A DNA stretch of 64,000 nucleotides from Rhynchobatus australiae (GCA_034780895.1 JAUZTB010000017.1:19180816-19244815), one strand, 5' to 3'; shown: positions 1 through 13,300, counted from the first letter of the stretch. Made by a program: numbers and translations. The notes: generated by a model not told the origin, from the letters alone.

Positions 1-841
1 AAGAATTTCTGCACACTTCAGTTGAATTGCCCCTTTTTCATTTATTTGCATTTTATTGAATTATGGGAAGCTCTTCCATATCTGTTGACCATGATCTGGG
101 TTAGCAGAGTTCAGAATTTAATTAAGTATGTGGAGAATAAAAGATGTCACTCCTGGTCCTGGGGAGCATTAGACTAATGAGGCTGGAGTGAAGGCATGGA
201 TGAAAATTCAGTAACTGATAGATTAAGACAGGGCAAGGTATTCAACATTACAAAAGTGGAAGTTACAATCTTTATAGTAGTGAAGATATCGAATTAGAAT
301 CTTAGCCCAGTGTAAAAAAGGATGCCTGGTTTGCAAAAAATAGTGTTGAACCTGAAACAGGAAGCAGAATGGAATAGAACTATTGGAGAAGGAACAGGAT
401 TTGCATTGGGATCAAAGACAATGAATTTGGTCTGTCCAATTTTAATTGAAGGAGATCATTTAGGACCGAGGCAGTGGAGAGGCTGAAAGATAGAGATAGA
501 GTTGACCATACATATGGAATCCAGCAGCGTGCTATAGGAGATCTTCCAGTTCATTTGATGATTATTTATGTACAGTATGCATCGTCCATGTAATATAATG
601 AACTGGAATTTAACTTAGTCACGAGAAAGAGCAAGGTTATGCTTTTTGTTACCCTGCTATTACATTCTTTTAATGTAAATCATCTGATTTCCTGTATTTG
701 ACCAAATTAGAGTGTTGGACTGTATTTGCAACTTACTGTGCATATCATTAGAGATGTTCCTTTACTTAAAATCTGATTTAAAATGTTTCCTGTAGTGCAT
801 TTCATGGTGCTTTCATGAGTGAATTACAAACTGTTTTTCAG

Positions 842-1001
842 ATCAAGTTTAGATGATGTAGAGGATGGTGTACTGCCTTCTGCTGCAAATAAGCTTTCAG
901 GTACACGACCCTTGGCTCCCAGCCAGGAAGCACATTTACATTCACCTGATAAGCCGAAAGACGTGGATTCCTTGAGTTCATCTTCTGCAAAGTCCGATCT
1001 G
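842..1001 (+). CDS. TACC2: TACC2 coding exon (SSLDDVEDGVLPS...SAKSDL); gene starts upstream of the window
   Basis: ttttcAG acceptor and CTG|gtgcgt donor; open frame, phase 2 to 0, which joins the next exon in frame. Low-complexity Ser/Pro region, so the assignment rests on splice phase and position. Confidence 0.75.
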
Positions 1002-1979
1002 GTGCGTAATTTTCTCAATACAGCAAGTTATAAAAGATTTGCTCTTGCTACTGTTTTAAATTTTTGGTATCTCTAATGAAGCACTCTCATTCAATGCAAA
1101 TTAGTTAAAAAATGAATCATAAATTGCCAACTGTATAATAATGCCCAGATACAGACAGATAGGTTTGCACCTCATAAGTATGCTCTAGTGCTAGGAAGTG
1201 AGGGATTATTGCAGATTATTACGCATGTTGAGATTATAGATTAATGTTGAGGAATCAAAGTCTTTGTTTTATTACCAGTAACCCTCTTATCTTCATCATT
1301 GTCAGATTTTTATCAATTGCAGGTCACTTGCTCTGAGGTCACATTTGCAATATTTCTTGAATGGAAAATTCTGTAAGGAAAACACTGACTAACATGGATC
1401 TTTAGACATAAATTTGCCACGGAATTATAAAGCTGATAATTAAAATCAGTAGTACATTTTTAAATCACGGCCAACAACTGTTTTAGCTTAGACAATGAAT
1501 GGCTTAAATTGTGGAGTTTCTTTCTATTAGATAGTGTTCACTTTCGTAGAAACATATAATTTTTATATACATTTCTTAATTTTTCCTTTTTGCCTCTCTT
1601 TTTCTCATTCTAATTATTTTCTGCTTCCTTTATTTTTCTGTGTACATCAGGCATGAATCAAATACATGCTCATTCTCAGATATTTGTCTCTTTTTCAATC
1701 TTGAAAGCACAACATAGAAATTAGATCATGTAGTATTTTTATTTCTGTCTGAAAGATGAAAATGTATTTACATTAGAGTGAAACACAATATCACCCATTT
1801 CTGGGACATATTGCATTCCTCTGAAAATGCAAACAGATACTTTCCAGCCTAGGTCATGTTTGGATATGTGATGTGGCATCTGCCATCAGACACACATCAA
1901 CATATGTAATTTCCTGCGCAACACACCTCTTGGAGCATTTTCAGGAAAGTTAGTTTCATGTAAGTGAAANNNNNNNNNN

Positions 1980-2150
1980 GCTAGAACTACTTAGCAAGTC
2001 AGGCCAGATCTGTGGGAAGAGAAATAGAGATAATGTTTCAGATTGAAGTCTATTCTGATGAAGGGTCTTTGACCTGAAACATTAACTTTGCTTCTCTTCC
2101 CACAGATGTAGCCTGACCTGCTGAGTATTCCCAGCACTTTCTGTTTTTAA
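1980..2150. mobile_element. Short palindromic Penelope-like element with a hammerhead-like core
   Basis: Inverted arms (cttagcaagtcaggc...gcctgacctgctgag) around CTGATGA-AGGGTCTTTGACCT-GAAAC. Confidence 0.65.
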
Positions 2151-2838
2151 GTTAGTCCTAGGAGCCAGCAATGTTGGCCACTATTGAGATAAATAGATCC
2201 TCGTGGCCCTTTGCTGGATTGGAAGCCCACTAATACAAGTTCAATACCTTCCTTTCATCCTTCCGAACACCTCCACCTCGGTTGTGATAATAATTATCCA
2301 TTATGGCCCAATATTATTTAAATTATCACATTGAATGGCATACAAGGGACATTTTCAAGGTGGATAAAATGTTTTGTTTTTTGTAGTAAGATACTACAGG
2401 AGGGCAAAACCAAAACAAATTTCTTTCTGATGAGGTTTTCCAAAAGCATACTTTCCAAACAATTGTCTAGAAATTCATCCCAGGTCACTAGTGACATGGA
2501 GACCATTTAGAACAGCTATACATTCCAAAGCATTTGTCAGAAGCAGAGTAGAATGTTCACATTTAGAATGACCAACTGAGGATGATTTTCTAACCAAGTG
2601 TTTTACTGACGATTTGAACCTCAGAATTAAGCAGGATAGTTGCAGAAATCAGACTTGGAAATGTACTTTCAAAAACTGATTGGACATGGTAATAACTTTT
2701 GAATGAGCTAATTTCGTTCCAGCTTGAAGGAAGTTTCATTTATNNNTTTAAGTACAAATTACCCATGATAAAGTATGTTTATAGGGTTAGGTTACTAAAA
2801 ATGCCTTGTTCCTGAAACATTGCAACCCTTCTGCGCAG

Positions 2839-2976
2839 TCAACTCCTGAGGAACCAGTTGCCTCTGCAGATGCCTTGTTAAGTAGGATTGTAGGACACAC
2901 AGAAGTAGATGAGCTTGACTATCTGCAACCTGACACAGCTGAAAAAAACCCTTCGGTGTTTGCGAACAAGTTACAG
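2839..2976 (+). CDS. TACC2: TACC2 exon (STPEEPVASADALLSR...LDYLQPDTAEKNPSVFANKLQ)
   Basis: cAG acceptor and CAG|gtttgt donor, 138 nt, phase 0-0. Resembles human TACC2 'SADALLSR...LDYLEPDLAEKNPPLFAQKLQ' (recalled). Confidence 0.92.
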
Positions 2977-3144
2977 GTTTGTACAGAAAATCATTTCATA
3001 ATTAATCATCTCTATTTGTGTTTGCATTCATTTTCATATCCATTTCTGTTTGTTCACCAACACTTGATCATGGTCAAAGTCTTACACTATTTTTTTTTCC
3101 AATACTGCTTTTCTACGGATTGTTCTCGTTCAATTCAATGGCAG

Positions 3145-3234
3145 GAAGAGCTAGTGTATGCAGCCATGAGGATAGAAGCACTGAAGCTAGCCAAACAGAT
3201 ATCCAACTCTCCCAGCAGCTCCTTAGATTATGAG
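3145..3234 (+). CDS. TACC2: TACC2 exon (EELVYAAMRIEALKLAKQISNSPSSSLDYE), 90-nt symmetric exon
   Basis: gcAG acceptor and GAG|gtatcg donor. Resembles human 'EELEFAIMRIEALKLARQI' (recalled). Confidence 0.92.
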
Positions 3235-3660
3235 GTATCGCACAATGCCTGGAGTGTTATGTTTGTAGTGCACTGGCTAGTGTGTGAACTAATTTAGTCA
3301 AAAGCATCATATTGTTTCAAGCATGTCTTAGTGATTTTATCTACTTTTCGAATGAGACCCTTCCATATATGTCCCTTATGTACTGATGATAAGTGTCAAC
3401 ATCTTGATTGCATGTTTGCATATGGTGTTACCTATTATTCCCTTTTTAGGTTGTAGTGTGAAACTTTCCTTGGGCTTTCTACCACAGGAAATAGACTTGA
3501 CTTTACACATTAAATAAATTAAAAGTAGCAAATTCATCACTGTATGTAGCAAGCTGGATTTGTCCCAGACTTTCTGGTGGCCTCCTGTAATCTGAACAGT
3601 GGTAGGATAAACACTTTATGCGATACTGGCTGGCAAAATTAGTTTTGAAATAAAATGGAA

Positions 3661-4015
3661 TGGGCGGCACAGTGGCACAGCTGGTAGAGCTATTAGCTCA
3701 ACAGCACCAGAGATCTGGGTTCAATCCTGACTTGTGTGCTGTCTGTGTGGAGTTTGCACATTCTCCCTGTGGCCATGTAGATTTCTTCCAGATGCTCTGT
3801 TTTCCTCCCATCTCCCAAAGACATGCAGGTTGGTAGATTAATTGGCCACTATAAATTGACCTTACCGTGTCAGTGAGTGTAGAACCTGAGGGGAGTTGAT
3901 GGGATTGTGCAGGAATAAAAATATAGGTTTAATGTAAGAAAAGTGTTAATGAGTAGTTGATGGTTGGCATGGACTAAAGGGCCTGTTTCCATCTTGTATC
4001 TCTCCCTGACTATGA
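3661..4015 (+). mobile_element. tRNA-derived SINE (HE1/V-SINE-like) with a CR1-type tail
   Basis: Box A-like TGGCACAGCTGG, box B-like GGTTCAATCC, central 'tgtgtggagtttgcacattctccc' domain. Similar copies at about 14930 and 46100. Confidence 0.8.
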
Positions 4016-4504
4016 AGTAACGTTGATGATTCAACAATTCCATTGTAACTAACGCTATAATTCCAATGTATGAACACCTTCCTAAACATAAATCAGTGAG
4101 GCAACTAAATGGACAAATCTGTAATTATAACAGTTTTGACAGAATTTTCCTAAACAGTCTGTCTCATATCCACATGCTGTGATTTCAGCTGGATTGTTTT
4201 TTTAAGAGACAGACACGTTCCCTAGATTGTCCTAAAAATGACTCATTCCTACTTTGAAATGCAATAAAACATGCAAATCACCACACTAGTTATAGATGCT
4301 TACTAACATTGTCTGTAAGCATCAGAATCATATCACAAGTTCAAAACAATTAAGAGTATTAATTCCCCCCCATTAAAATTATATTAATTTTAAACAGTTT
4401 ACACTTGGAAACTCAGCTCTGAAGTATTGATGCGTTGCTTCCTGAGTGCAAGCCCCTAACACGGTATAATTAGACATGTAAAGAACTGGAGAGAATACTT
4501 ATTT

Positions 4505-4958
4505 CATAGAACACAGAACAGTACAGTACAGCACAGTACAGGCCCTTTGGCCCATAGTATTGTGCCAACCTATATAAACCTACTCCATGATCAACCTAAC
4601 CCTTCCCTCCCACACAACCCTCCATTTTTCTTACATCCATGTCATCTATCTAAAAGTCTTTTAAATGTTCCTGTTTTATCAGCCTCCACCACCACCCTCA
4701 GCAGTGCATTCCAGGCACCCAGCACTCTGTGTGTAAAAAAAAACCTACCTCTGACATCTCCCCTAAATTTTCCTTCACTCACCTTAAATGGGTGTCCTCT
4801 GGTATTGGCCATTGCTGCCCTGGGAAAAAGGTGCTGGCTGTCCACTCTATCTATGCCCTCCATAATCTTATACACCTCTGTCAAGTCGCCTCACATCCAG
4901 CATCGCTGCAAAGAGAAAAGCCCTATCTCACTCAACCTTTCCTCATAAGACATGTTCT
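4505..4958 (-). mobile_element. CR1 LINE 3' fragment
   Basis: Minus-strand ORF EVYKIMEGIDRVD...RGHPFKV...FFTHRVLGAWNAL is the CR1 ORF2 C-terminus. Confidence 0.9.
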
Positions 4959-7844
4959 NNNNNNNNNNNNNNNNNNNNNNNNNNNNNNNNNNNNNNNNNN
5001 NNNNNNNNNNNNNNNNNNNNNNNNNNNNNNNNNNNNNNNNNNNNNNNNNNNNNNNNNNNNNNNNNNNNNNNNNNNNNNNNNNNNNNNNNNNNNNNNNNNN
5101 NNNNNNNNNNNNNNNNNNNNNNNNNNNNNNNNNNNNNNNNNNNNNNNNNNNNNNNNNNNNNNNNNNNNNNNNNNNNNNNNNNNNNNNNNNNNNNNNNNNN
5201 NNNNNNNNNNNNNNNNNNNNNNNNNNNNNNNNNNNNNNNNNNNNNNNNNNNNNNNNNNNNNNNNNNNNNNNNNNNNNNNNNNNNNNNNNNNNNNNNNNNN
5301 NNNNNNNNNNNNNNNNNNNNNNNNNNNNNNNNNNNNNNNNNNNNNNNNNNNNNNNNNNNNNNNNNCTAACTTTTGAAACATTTGGCACTTCACTAAATAA
5401 AGACTAAAATTATATATAATATATATGATGAAATATAACATTAAAGCAAATTAAAATGCCTTATATTTTGAAATATATACATATAAAAATTACAAAAACT
5501 TATCTTTCAAGTTTGCTAAGCAGTAACTATGGTTTTATACTCCATTAAAAGTTTACCTAGATCTCTGGCAAGCATAACAATATTAGGATATTTTACAGCA
5601 AATTTATAAGTATCAGAAAAATCATGGCAATCCTGCTTATTCCCTTATTGGAGAAAACTGCAGAGGAAGTCTCAATCTCTGAAAGTAGCCTTGTGATTTG
5701 CACATTAACAGGTGGTAGGTGCAGAAATCCTGAAGCTGCTGTTAGCTTCATGTTGCAATGTTGGAAAATGCCTGTCAGTAGGGGAATGTCTGCTGTTTCA
5801 AGGAATTTTCAATAACTTCAGATGGGAAAGAATGCAAACCTGTGTTTTTTTTCTTGTCAATATTTCTCACATAAGCTCAGTTGTGACAATATCTGTAAGT
5901 TCTCCTACAAATTGAAACCCATGTCTTTCCCTCTGACATATTCGGGTTAGTGGAGTACAGTTCTAAGCAAACCGATTGTGGTAAATTGCTCACTGGAGAA
6001 TTGTAGGATGCATTTAGTCTCTTACCAGTCCAGATGACAGAGTGTTTCATCCAATTACCTTGTGGATTTATTTACAAATCACAGTGTGCTTTNNNNNNNN
6101 NNNNNNNNNNNNNNNNNNNNNNNNNNNNNNNNNNNNNNNNNNNNNNNNNNNNNNNNNNNNNNNNNNNNNNNNNNNNNNNNNNNNNNNNNNNNNNNNNNNN
6201 NNNNNNNNNNNNNNNNNNNNNNNNNNNNNNNNNNNNNNNNNNNNNNNNNNNNNNNNNNNNNNNNNNNNNNNNNNNNNNNNNNNNNNNNNNNNNNNNNNNN
6301 NNNNNNNNNNNNNNNNNNNNNNNNNNNNNNNNNNNNNNNNNNNNNNNNNNNNNNNNNNNNNNNNNNNNNNNNNNNNNNNNNNNNNNNNNNNNNNNNNNNN
6401 NNNNNNNATAAAAAAAATCTAATGAAGGTGCTCCATTAAGCAATTCAGCACTGACCGATTTGCTAGGTTCATTGTCTATTGGGTAAATGGTAATTACACT
6501 GGTAATCTTGTTTATTTTAAAGATTTCCTACTATCATTCTGAAATGAAACACTTTTTGTTATCTGCGACCTTACCATCTCCAATTACTAGGGTCAGAGTT
6601 CCAGTACAATGTTAAACCTGGCCCAGATTCCAAGAGCCATAATTGCTGGGGCATCTCAGACAGACTAACCTCTGTTGCTGGATTGAGTTCAGCAAAGGAA
6701 TGAACCTCCAGATTTGTCAGTATGTTCAGGATTTAAGTTTAACTAAGAACATGCAGAAGACCCAGACTTAATTTCATTTAAACAACCCGTGATTCCATTT
6801 GGAATGAAAAATCAGGTTAAATGAGCTTGCATGGTTTGTAATTTTCCTTCTAAGTACTTAATATGTCTAATGTGCTAATACATATCTGTTGCTGCTTCAG
6901 AGACTTTTGCCACTCCTGTGTGACTGCTTCAGGTTTACATAAGGGAAACCTGCCTGAGCACAGTCCCAGCCATGGACTCCAATCTCAAGTAGGTCCCCTC
7001 GAAATAATACCTCTCCCTCAGATGTTCCCCTCATACCCAGTTCAGAATTATTGCCCCAAGCCCACTAGCCACCAACATGCTGACCTGATACCATCACAAT
7101 CACCACCCTCCCTCGCCCATGAGTCTATCTAACCACTCCCTAACTACAATCCTGAATGATAACCTTTCACACTACTGCTCTACAAACCTCCCACCCCTGG
7201 CCTTCAGGCCTGACTTGTAGCTTCCAATTACAGTTCCCTTCTGCATTTCTGAGCCTCCTTCACCCACCTTCCCTACCCCCACCACACAAACTGGGCCAGA
7301 CCCTGAAAATAGCTGTTTTCCTTGCAATGGCAAAACACACGAAGAAAAGGCCTCAGGTAATGCAAGGCCTAGACAGCAGGGTGCAATGCCTTAGGCCTCC
7401 TGAGTAACTGGATTTTCCAGCAGTGGACTCTAAAATAAAACTGTTGAAAGTGTCTAAGCACCATTCAATTACTAAGCACTATTTAAGTTGTTTTCATATT
7501 TTGTCCTTCTTTGACAAATTTAAGAGAACTAAAACAAGCCTAGAATTTCATTGGCACCTATGAAGGTGCATTAATCTGTCACCGAGTGGTACACCCATTC
7601 TCATCAGAGATCTGCCAATAAAAAATTCAGCTGCCACTATGGCCCATGACACCATGCTACATGGGATTAGACTTAATTGAGGGGGAGGACTTCGCTTTCT
7701 GTGTTACACCAGAGCAGACTGTGCAAAGGGAAACAGGACTAGGTCTAAGTCAAATTCCTCCCAATATCACTCCATAAGAGTGTTGCACTTGGAAATTACA
7801 TAAACAGTTGTGTGTTAAATGTGGAAATGCATCATCCACACAAG

Positions 7845-8750
7845 CTGGATGAATTGGGAAAGTGGTCAAAGAATGGAATTTAACTCAGACAAGTGCGAAA
7901 TGATGCATTTTGGGAAGTTAAACCAGGATAGAACATGCACAGTGAATGTCAGGGCCATGTTGAGTGTTGTAGAACAGAGAAACCTACAGGTATAAGGACA
8001 TAGTAGTCTGAAAATGGTGACACAGATAAACAAGTTGGTGAAGAACGCATATGGTATGCTTGCCTTCATCGGTTGGGATACTGAGTACAAGTATTGGGAT
8101 GTCACATTACAACTGTACAAGATGATGGTGAGACTGCACTTGGAGTATTGTGAGTCCTGGTCACCATACATGGAAGGCTATGATTAGGCTAGAAAGGGTG
8201 CAGAAAAGATTCACAAGGATGTTGTTGGGACTGAAGGAGTTGAGGTATGAGGAGAGACTGGAAATACTGGGACTATTTTCCCTGGAGTGAAGGAGGCTGA
8301 GGGTTTATAAAATCATGAGGGGCATAGATAAGGTGGTAGGTCATAGTCTTTTTCTAGGGAAGTCTAAAACTAGAGGGCATACTGTAGGTTTAAGGTAAGA
8401 GGGGACAGATTTAAAGGGGACATGNNNNNNNNNNNNNNNNNNNNNNNNNNNNNNNNNNNNNNNNNNNNNNNNNNNNNNNNNNNNNNNNNNNNNNNNNNNN
8501 NNNNNNNNNNNNNNNNNNNNNNNNGTAAGAGGGGAAAGATTTAAAGGGGACATGAGAGGTAAAATTTTTACACAGAAGGTGGTGGCTATGTGGAAAGAGC
8601 TGCCAGGGGAAGTGGTAGAGGTGTGAACGATTACAAAGTTTAAAAGACATTCGGACAGGTACATGAATAGGAAAGGTTTAGAAGGATATGGACCAAATGC
8701 AGGTAAATGGGACCAGCTCAGGTAGGCACCCTGGTTGGCATGGGCATGCA
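7845..8750 (+). mobile_element. CR1 LINE 3' fragment (decayed, contains a gap)
   Basis: Remnants of WxMEFNSDKCEMMHFG, YKMMVRLHLEYC and FFTQKVVAMWKELP. Confidence 0.88.
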
Positions 8751-9584
8751 GCTATAGAGCATAGAAACAGGTTCTTCCTGTTCTCCAGCAGGGAAACAGA
8801 CTCTATGATCAGAGATTCCTGGCAGAACTTCCATACTGATGCAATTCACCATGGAAACAATCGCAATTAGGCTCCACTCTGGTGGGAAAAGGTGATCTTC
8901 TTGTGAGAAGTTCTGTTAAAAAAAATCTCCCAGTAATTCTTTGCATTTCGCTGGAATTCGAAATGTGTGGGGAATAAAGATATCCTCAACTACATGTGAA
9001 ATTCCCTATGTGAAGAATGTGGATTATCATAATAAAGTTGCCTGGGCAATAACCTCTCAGAGCAGATTACACACATTGTAAAACCTGCTTAGTTTTCATT
9101 TTCATTCCACTTGAGTACATTACCCTCCTAAAGTGGGTGGCCTGCGCACTTGGTTATGGTGCAGGCAGCAGAGTTGAAAATCACTTCCAATACTGTTGGA
9201 ATTTCAAGAGCCTACCCTAACTTCTGAAGAAGGGCACTTGAAAGATCAGAGGAATTGTATTTGCTATAATTATTCATTGCTGTAATTTAGAGATAAATTC
9301 AACTAGCTGTCAAATCTTCACTCTGTACGTGCCACCATCATCCTATCCAGGTTGTGGTGATCATTTTGCTATATTCCAGTCATTCCTGACTTCCTGACAA
9401 TTTTCAGGTGCAAAGTAAAAATGTGCAGAATTCAAATTGTAAGGAGCTGTTCTCCCTTTCTCTAAGGGAGAAAGAAATCTTGCCAACTGGATAAATATTC
9501 TTTTTCAGGCTAATATTATTCCACTCATGATTGTGACTGCTCAAAGTACTTACCTCTCTAATATTTTTGTTCAAGTGAACAAGA

Positions 9585-10160
9585 ATTGGAATTGGTTTAT
9601 TATTGTCACATGTACCGAGGTATAATGAAAAGCTTGTCTTGCATACCATTCATACAAATCAATTCATCACACAGTGCATTGAGGTAGTACAAGATAAAAC
9701 AATAACAGAATGCTACAGAGAAAGTGCAGTGCAGGCAGACATTAAGGTGTAAGGTCATAACGAGGTAGATTGTGAGGTCAAGAGTCTATCTATTGTACTA
9801 GGGAACCATTCAATAGTCTTATAACAGTAGGGTAGAAGCTGTCCTTGAGCCTGGTGGTACGTGCTTTCATGCTTTTGTACTTTCTGCCCGTTGGGAGACG
9901 GGAGAAGAGAGAATGTCTGGGGTGGGTGAGGTTTTTGATTATGCTGGCTGCTTTCCTGTGGCAGCGAGAAGTGTAGAGAGCCCATTGGAGGGAGGTTGGT
10001 TTCTGTGATGTGCTGGGCTGTGTCCACAACTCTCTGCAGTTTCTTGCAGTCATGGGCAGAGCAGTTGCCAGACCAAGCCGTGATGCATCCAGACAGGAAG
10101 CTTTCTATGGTACATCGATAAAAATTAGTAAGGGTCGATGGGGACATGCCAAAATTCTTT
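9585..10160 (-). mobile_element. Rex1/Babar LINE 3' fragment
   Basis: ORFs TNFYRCTIESFLSGCITAW and HPRHSLFSRLPTGRKY...RLKDSFYP; tail aataaaccaat. Confidence 0.88.
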
Positions 10161-10893
10161 AGGTAAAAATGGGAATGACTAGTGATAGCCAGTTAAAGGA
10201 CAGTGATGGAAATTGCAGTTGGTGAAATTAGGTGGCGATAAGAGTGGGAAAACATGACTAAGATGCCCCACTTACCAGGAAATTAAGAGTAAGCACTGTT
10301 GTGTCAGATCCTTTCGGTCTAAATGATACACCATACAAAACTGTAAGGTGAGCCAAAACACACAGCTGAAGTCAAACAAAACTCTCTTGCAATGTGGCAG
10401 CTTTAATCTCTGAGTCAAGATAAATGTGGAAGGAGTTTTAGTCAAAGCCCAATATTTGAAACACTATATTCACAAGAGCACTTGTCCAGGAAACATAATT
10501 AACAAAATGATTGATCATTTAATATGCAACTAGAGTACACTAATATAATGTGAAAGAAATTGTATTCTTTGTTCAACAAATTAAGAACAATTTAATGTGG
10601 GTAATAGATTTTTTTTCTCATTTTCAGTGTCACTTTTTTTATTCATGTGGTGAGAGGTTGAAATTCAAAATACACTGTATTCAAATACCTTTGAAATAGG
10701 CAAAAAAACACAATGATATGACAGAAATTGCTAAGGAGCAAATATTTATTTAAGGATAAAATATAAGTGAAACAACTAGTGATTTTTTGTATATATTAGG
10801 AAAAGCTGAGGCACGGTTATTATCAAAGTTTATCAAAAGTTTAGTTACCATTTTACTTTCTTCAGTTTCTTTCACTTGTCTGCATGCTCACAG

Positions 10894-10950
10894 ATCAGAG
10901 GGAGGAATGCAGCCCGAAGACAAAGGGCCAATTGTGGTTCACACTCACAA
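10894..10950 (+). CDS. TACC2: Candidate 57-nt in-frame cassette exon of TACC2 (IRGRNAARRQRANCGSHSQ)
   Basis: Pyrimidine tract plus cacAG acceptor, CAA|gtaaga donor, phase 0-0 matching both flanking exons, no stop. No recognised homology. Confidence 0.45.
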
Positions 10951-13147
10951 GTAAGAGTTAGATTAGGACCTTTCCCCAATATCAGTAATATGTTTGATAA
11001 CATTTTGCATTTATATCATTACTTAAAGCATTTGGAAATAGCTGTTTTGTTCCACAAAGTATATGTAAAAAAAGGTGTATAAATTTTAAGAACAGCTTGG
11101 TAAAAGATGACCTGTGGAATTCTATTGAAGATAACAACTAAATATTTCTCAGGAATCGCTTTGAGTCTAGAGGTATTAATTAGTGAAATGCTTTTGCCAA
11201 ATAATATTTAGTGCAGAATTTATAAGGATATTGAAACTAGTTTTAATCATGTTGCAGTTTTTGTTTGGCTTAATTTAGAATTGCAACTTTCAGTTTATAG
11301 CTTACTGATTATTTCAGTTAATACTGAAAATGTGCAAATTTGGATACCTTTGAGAACTTTATGTTAATCTTCTAATGGCTGTGCTGAGATTGAGAAAAGC
11401 TCCACTTGTGAAAATGAGAAACAGATCTTCTATATTCAAGAATTTCTTTGGTGTTATATTTTATGTATTTGAAATAATTTCATGGTTCATATTTTGAATA
11501 CAGACAGATGTGAAAAATTCTGAATGGCGAAAAGCAAAAAAACAAAGCATCTTAACAGATTGAGGTGGCAATATTGGGAGAGATTATTTCTGTGTTCTAT
11601 TCTTTTCCTTTCATTTCTTATTATTCTATTAAATGCAAAAGTCACACCCATAAATAGTTTGCTTTGATTTTCCAAAGACATTCAAATTGAATGTAAAGTG
11701 AATACTTGACTTGATTGTGACTGAGTTTATTGTACTCTCTCTGTGGTATTGGAGTAAGAAAAATTTGAGTCTAGTTTCTTTTTCCTCCTTATTATTGGCT
11801 TCATACTGAATTCTAAATGATATAAAAACTAATGCTCCCCGGAGGAAACAAACATAATCTTCAATCTATAAACTAAGATTATGGTGTTTTCAAGCATTGT
11901 TAAGTATATCTCCTGTCNNNNNNNNNNNNNNNNNNNNNNNNNNNNNNNNNNNNNNNNNNNNNNNNNNNNNNNNNNNNNNNNNNNNNNNNNNNNNNNNNNN
12001 NNNNNNNNNNNNNNNNNGAGAGTGGTGATAGACTGCTGGGGCCTCAGGTTCAGTGCACAGTCCCTGCAGCATGCATTTTTAAGACCAGTTCCTTCAATTT
12101 TTATTTAATTTGTAAGTTATTTATCACATGCATTTACAGTCTCACAAGTTTTTAAACAGCAGTGATATAAAATATAAATCCTGCTTTAAAGTGAACTTCC
12201 TTTTGGCAGTTAAAGGTAGGAAGCAGTATTTTGTCTCAGTTGAAGGTATATGAAATAAAACTTCAATTAAGACACATTATTGCTTCCTGCCTTTAAATGC
12301 CAATAGTATGTTTTGATGCAGTCGAAAATGTATTTAATGTAAGTCAAGAGTACAGAAAATTTTTGTTTCCACACACTTCTCAGGTTCTGCAGGCAAAGAT
12401 CAAAAGATAAAAACAAAACCCAGTTGTTCCAACTGTTATACCAATAAAGTCTAATAAAAAAATGTGTGGTACTGAAAGGCTAACAGTTTCCTGTTGACTC
12501 TGAATTAATGAGTAACTTGGTAGAGAAAAAACTACATTCCAGTTCAGCTAATAAACTGTCAAGTACCACCTTGCTTTGAGTTGCTCCTGCTACCNNNNNN
12601 NNNNNNNNNNNNNNNNNNGTTTATCAGTAAGTATCGTTTAGCCATTATTGATATAGCAACAGAGATTGAATAGGTCAATGTCTGCAAAAACTACTAATTG
12701 TAGAAAGGTAGCTATTCTATTTTTCATTTTGTTAAACAAAAGCAAACAGATGATCAGATGAGGGACAGACATGTTGTGATGGTTCTTATCGAATTGTATG
12801 GTGTCGCTATTCTTACAGTTAATTTCTGCAAAAATTTGGTTCTGAGTTTATTTTGGGTTAAGATGAAGTTTACACTTTTCCACAGTATAATTTCTGACAT
12901 TTCATTATGTATTACCAACATACTTTCCTTTCACTAATGTATTTTAGGAGAGTTTTTTGCAACAATACTGGAAAGGTATATTGACCTGAAACTATTTTAA
13001 GTCAAGCCGTTAATTTAACCTTAACAGAGTGTTCTGGAAATTTGACCTTGCAAGGGAGTACTTTTTTCCCCCATAGCTTCTAAGTCAAAAGTAATTCAAT
13101 GTATTTTTATATGAACTAATTTTTTATGCATTTTATACTTGTTGTAG

Positions 13148-13300
13148 CAAAGAGACAGTACACCATTAATGGACACTCCCATCACAAAAGGTGCACTCTA
13201 CTCCAGAACTGGTGACAGTGAGGTTGATGACACTCAAGCAGATGGACATCACTACAACCAAAGAGATTTGGATTCTGCTCTGAGAGCAGCTAGGGAGGAG
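13148..13300 (+). CDS. TACC2: TACC2 exon (QRDSTPLMDTPITKGALYSRTG...DLDSALRAAREE)
   Basis: ttgtAG acceptor and GAG|gtgatc donor, 153 nt, phase 0-0. Resembles human 'KTALYSRIG...DLDSALQIARAE' (recalled). Confidence 0.92.

Noticed and set aside
3661-3735. tRNA-like sequence
   Set aside because: It is a SINE head continuous with the SINE body; I could not build a complete cloverleaf.
6901-6990. Possible TACC2 exon (ttcAG ... caa|gtaggt)
   Set aside because: From 6901 the required phase-0 frame hits TAA; from 6933 the exon ends in phase 2. No TACC homology.
8394-8554. About 30-bp direct repeat flanking a 100-N gap
   Set aside because: Overlapping contig ends around a placeholder gap; assembly artefact.
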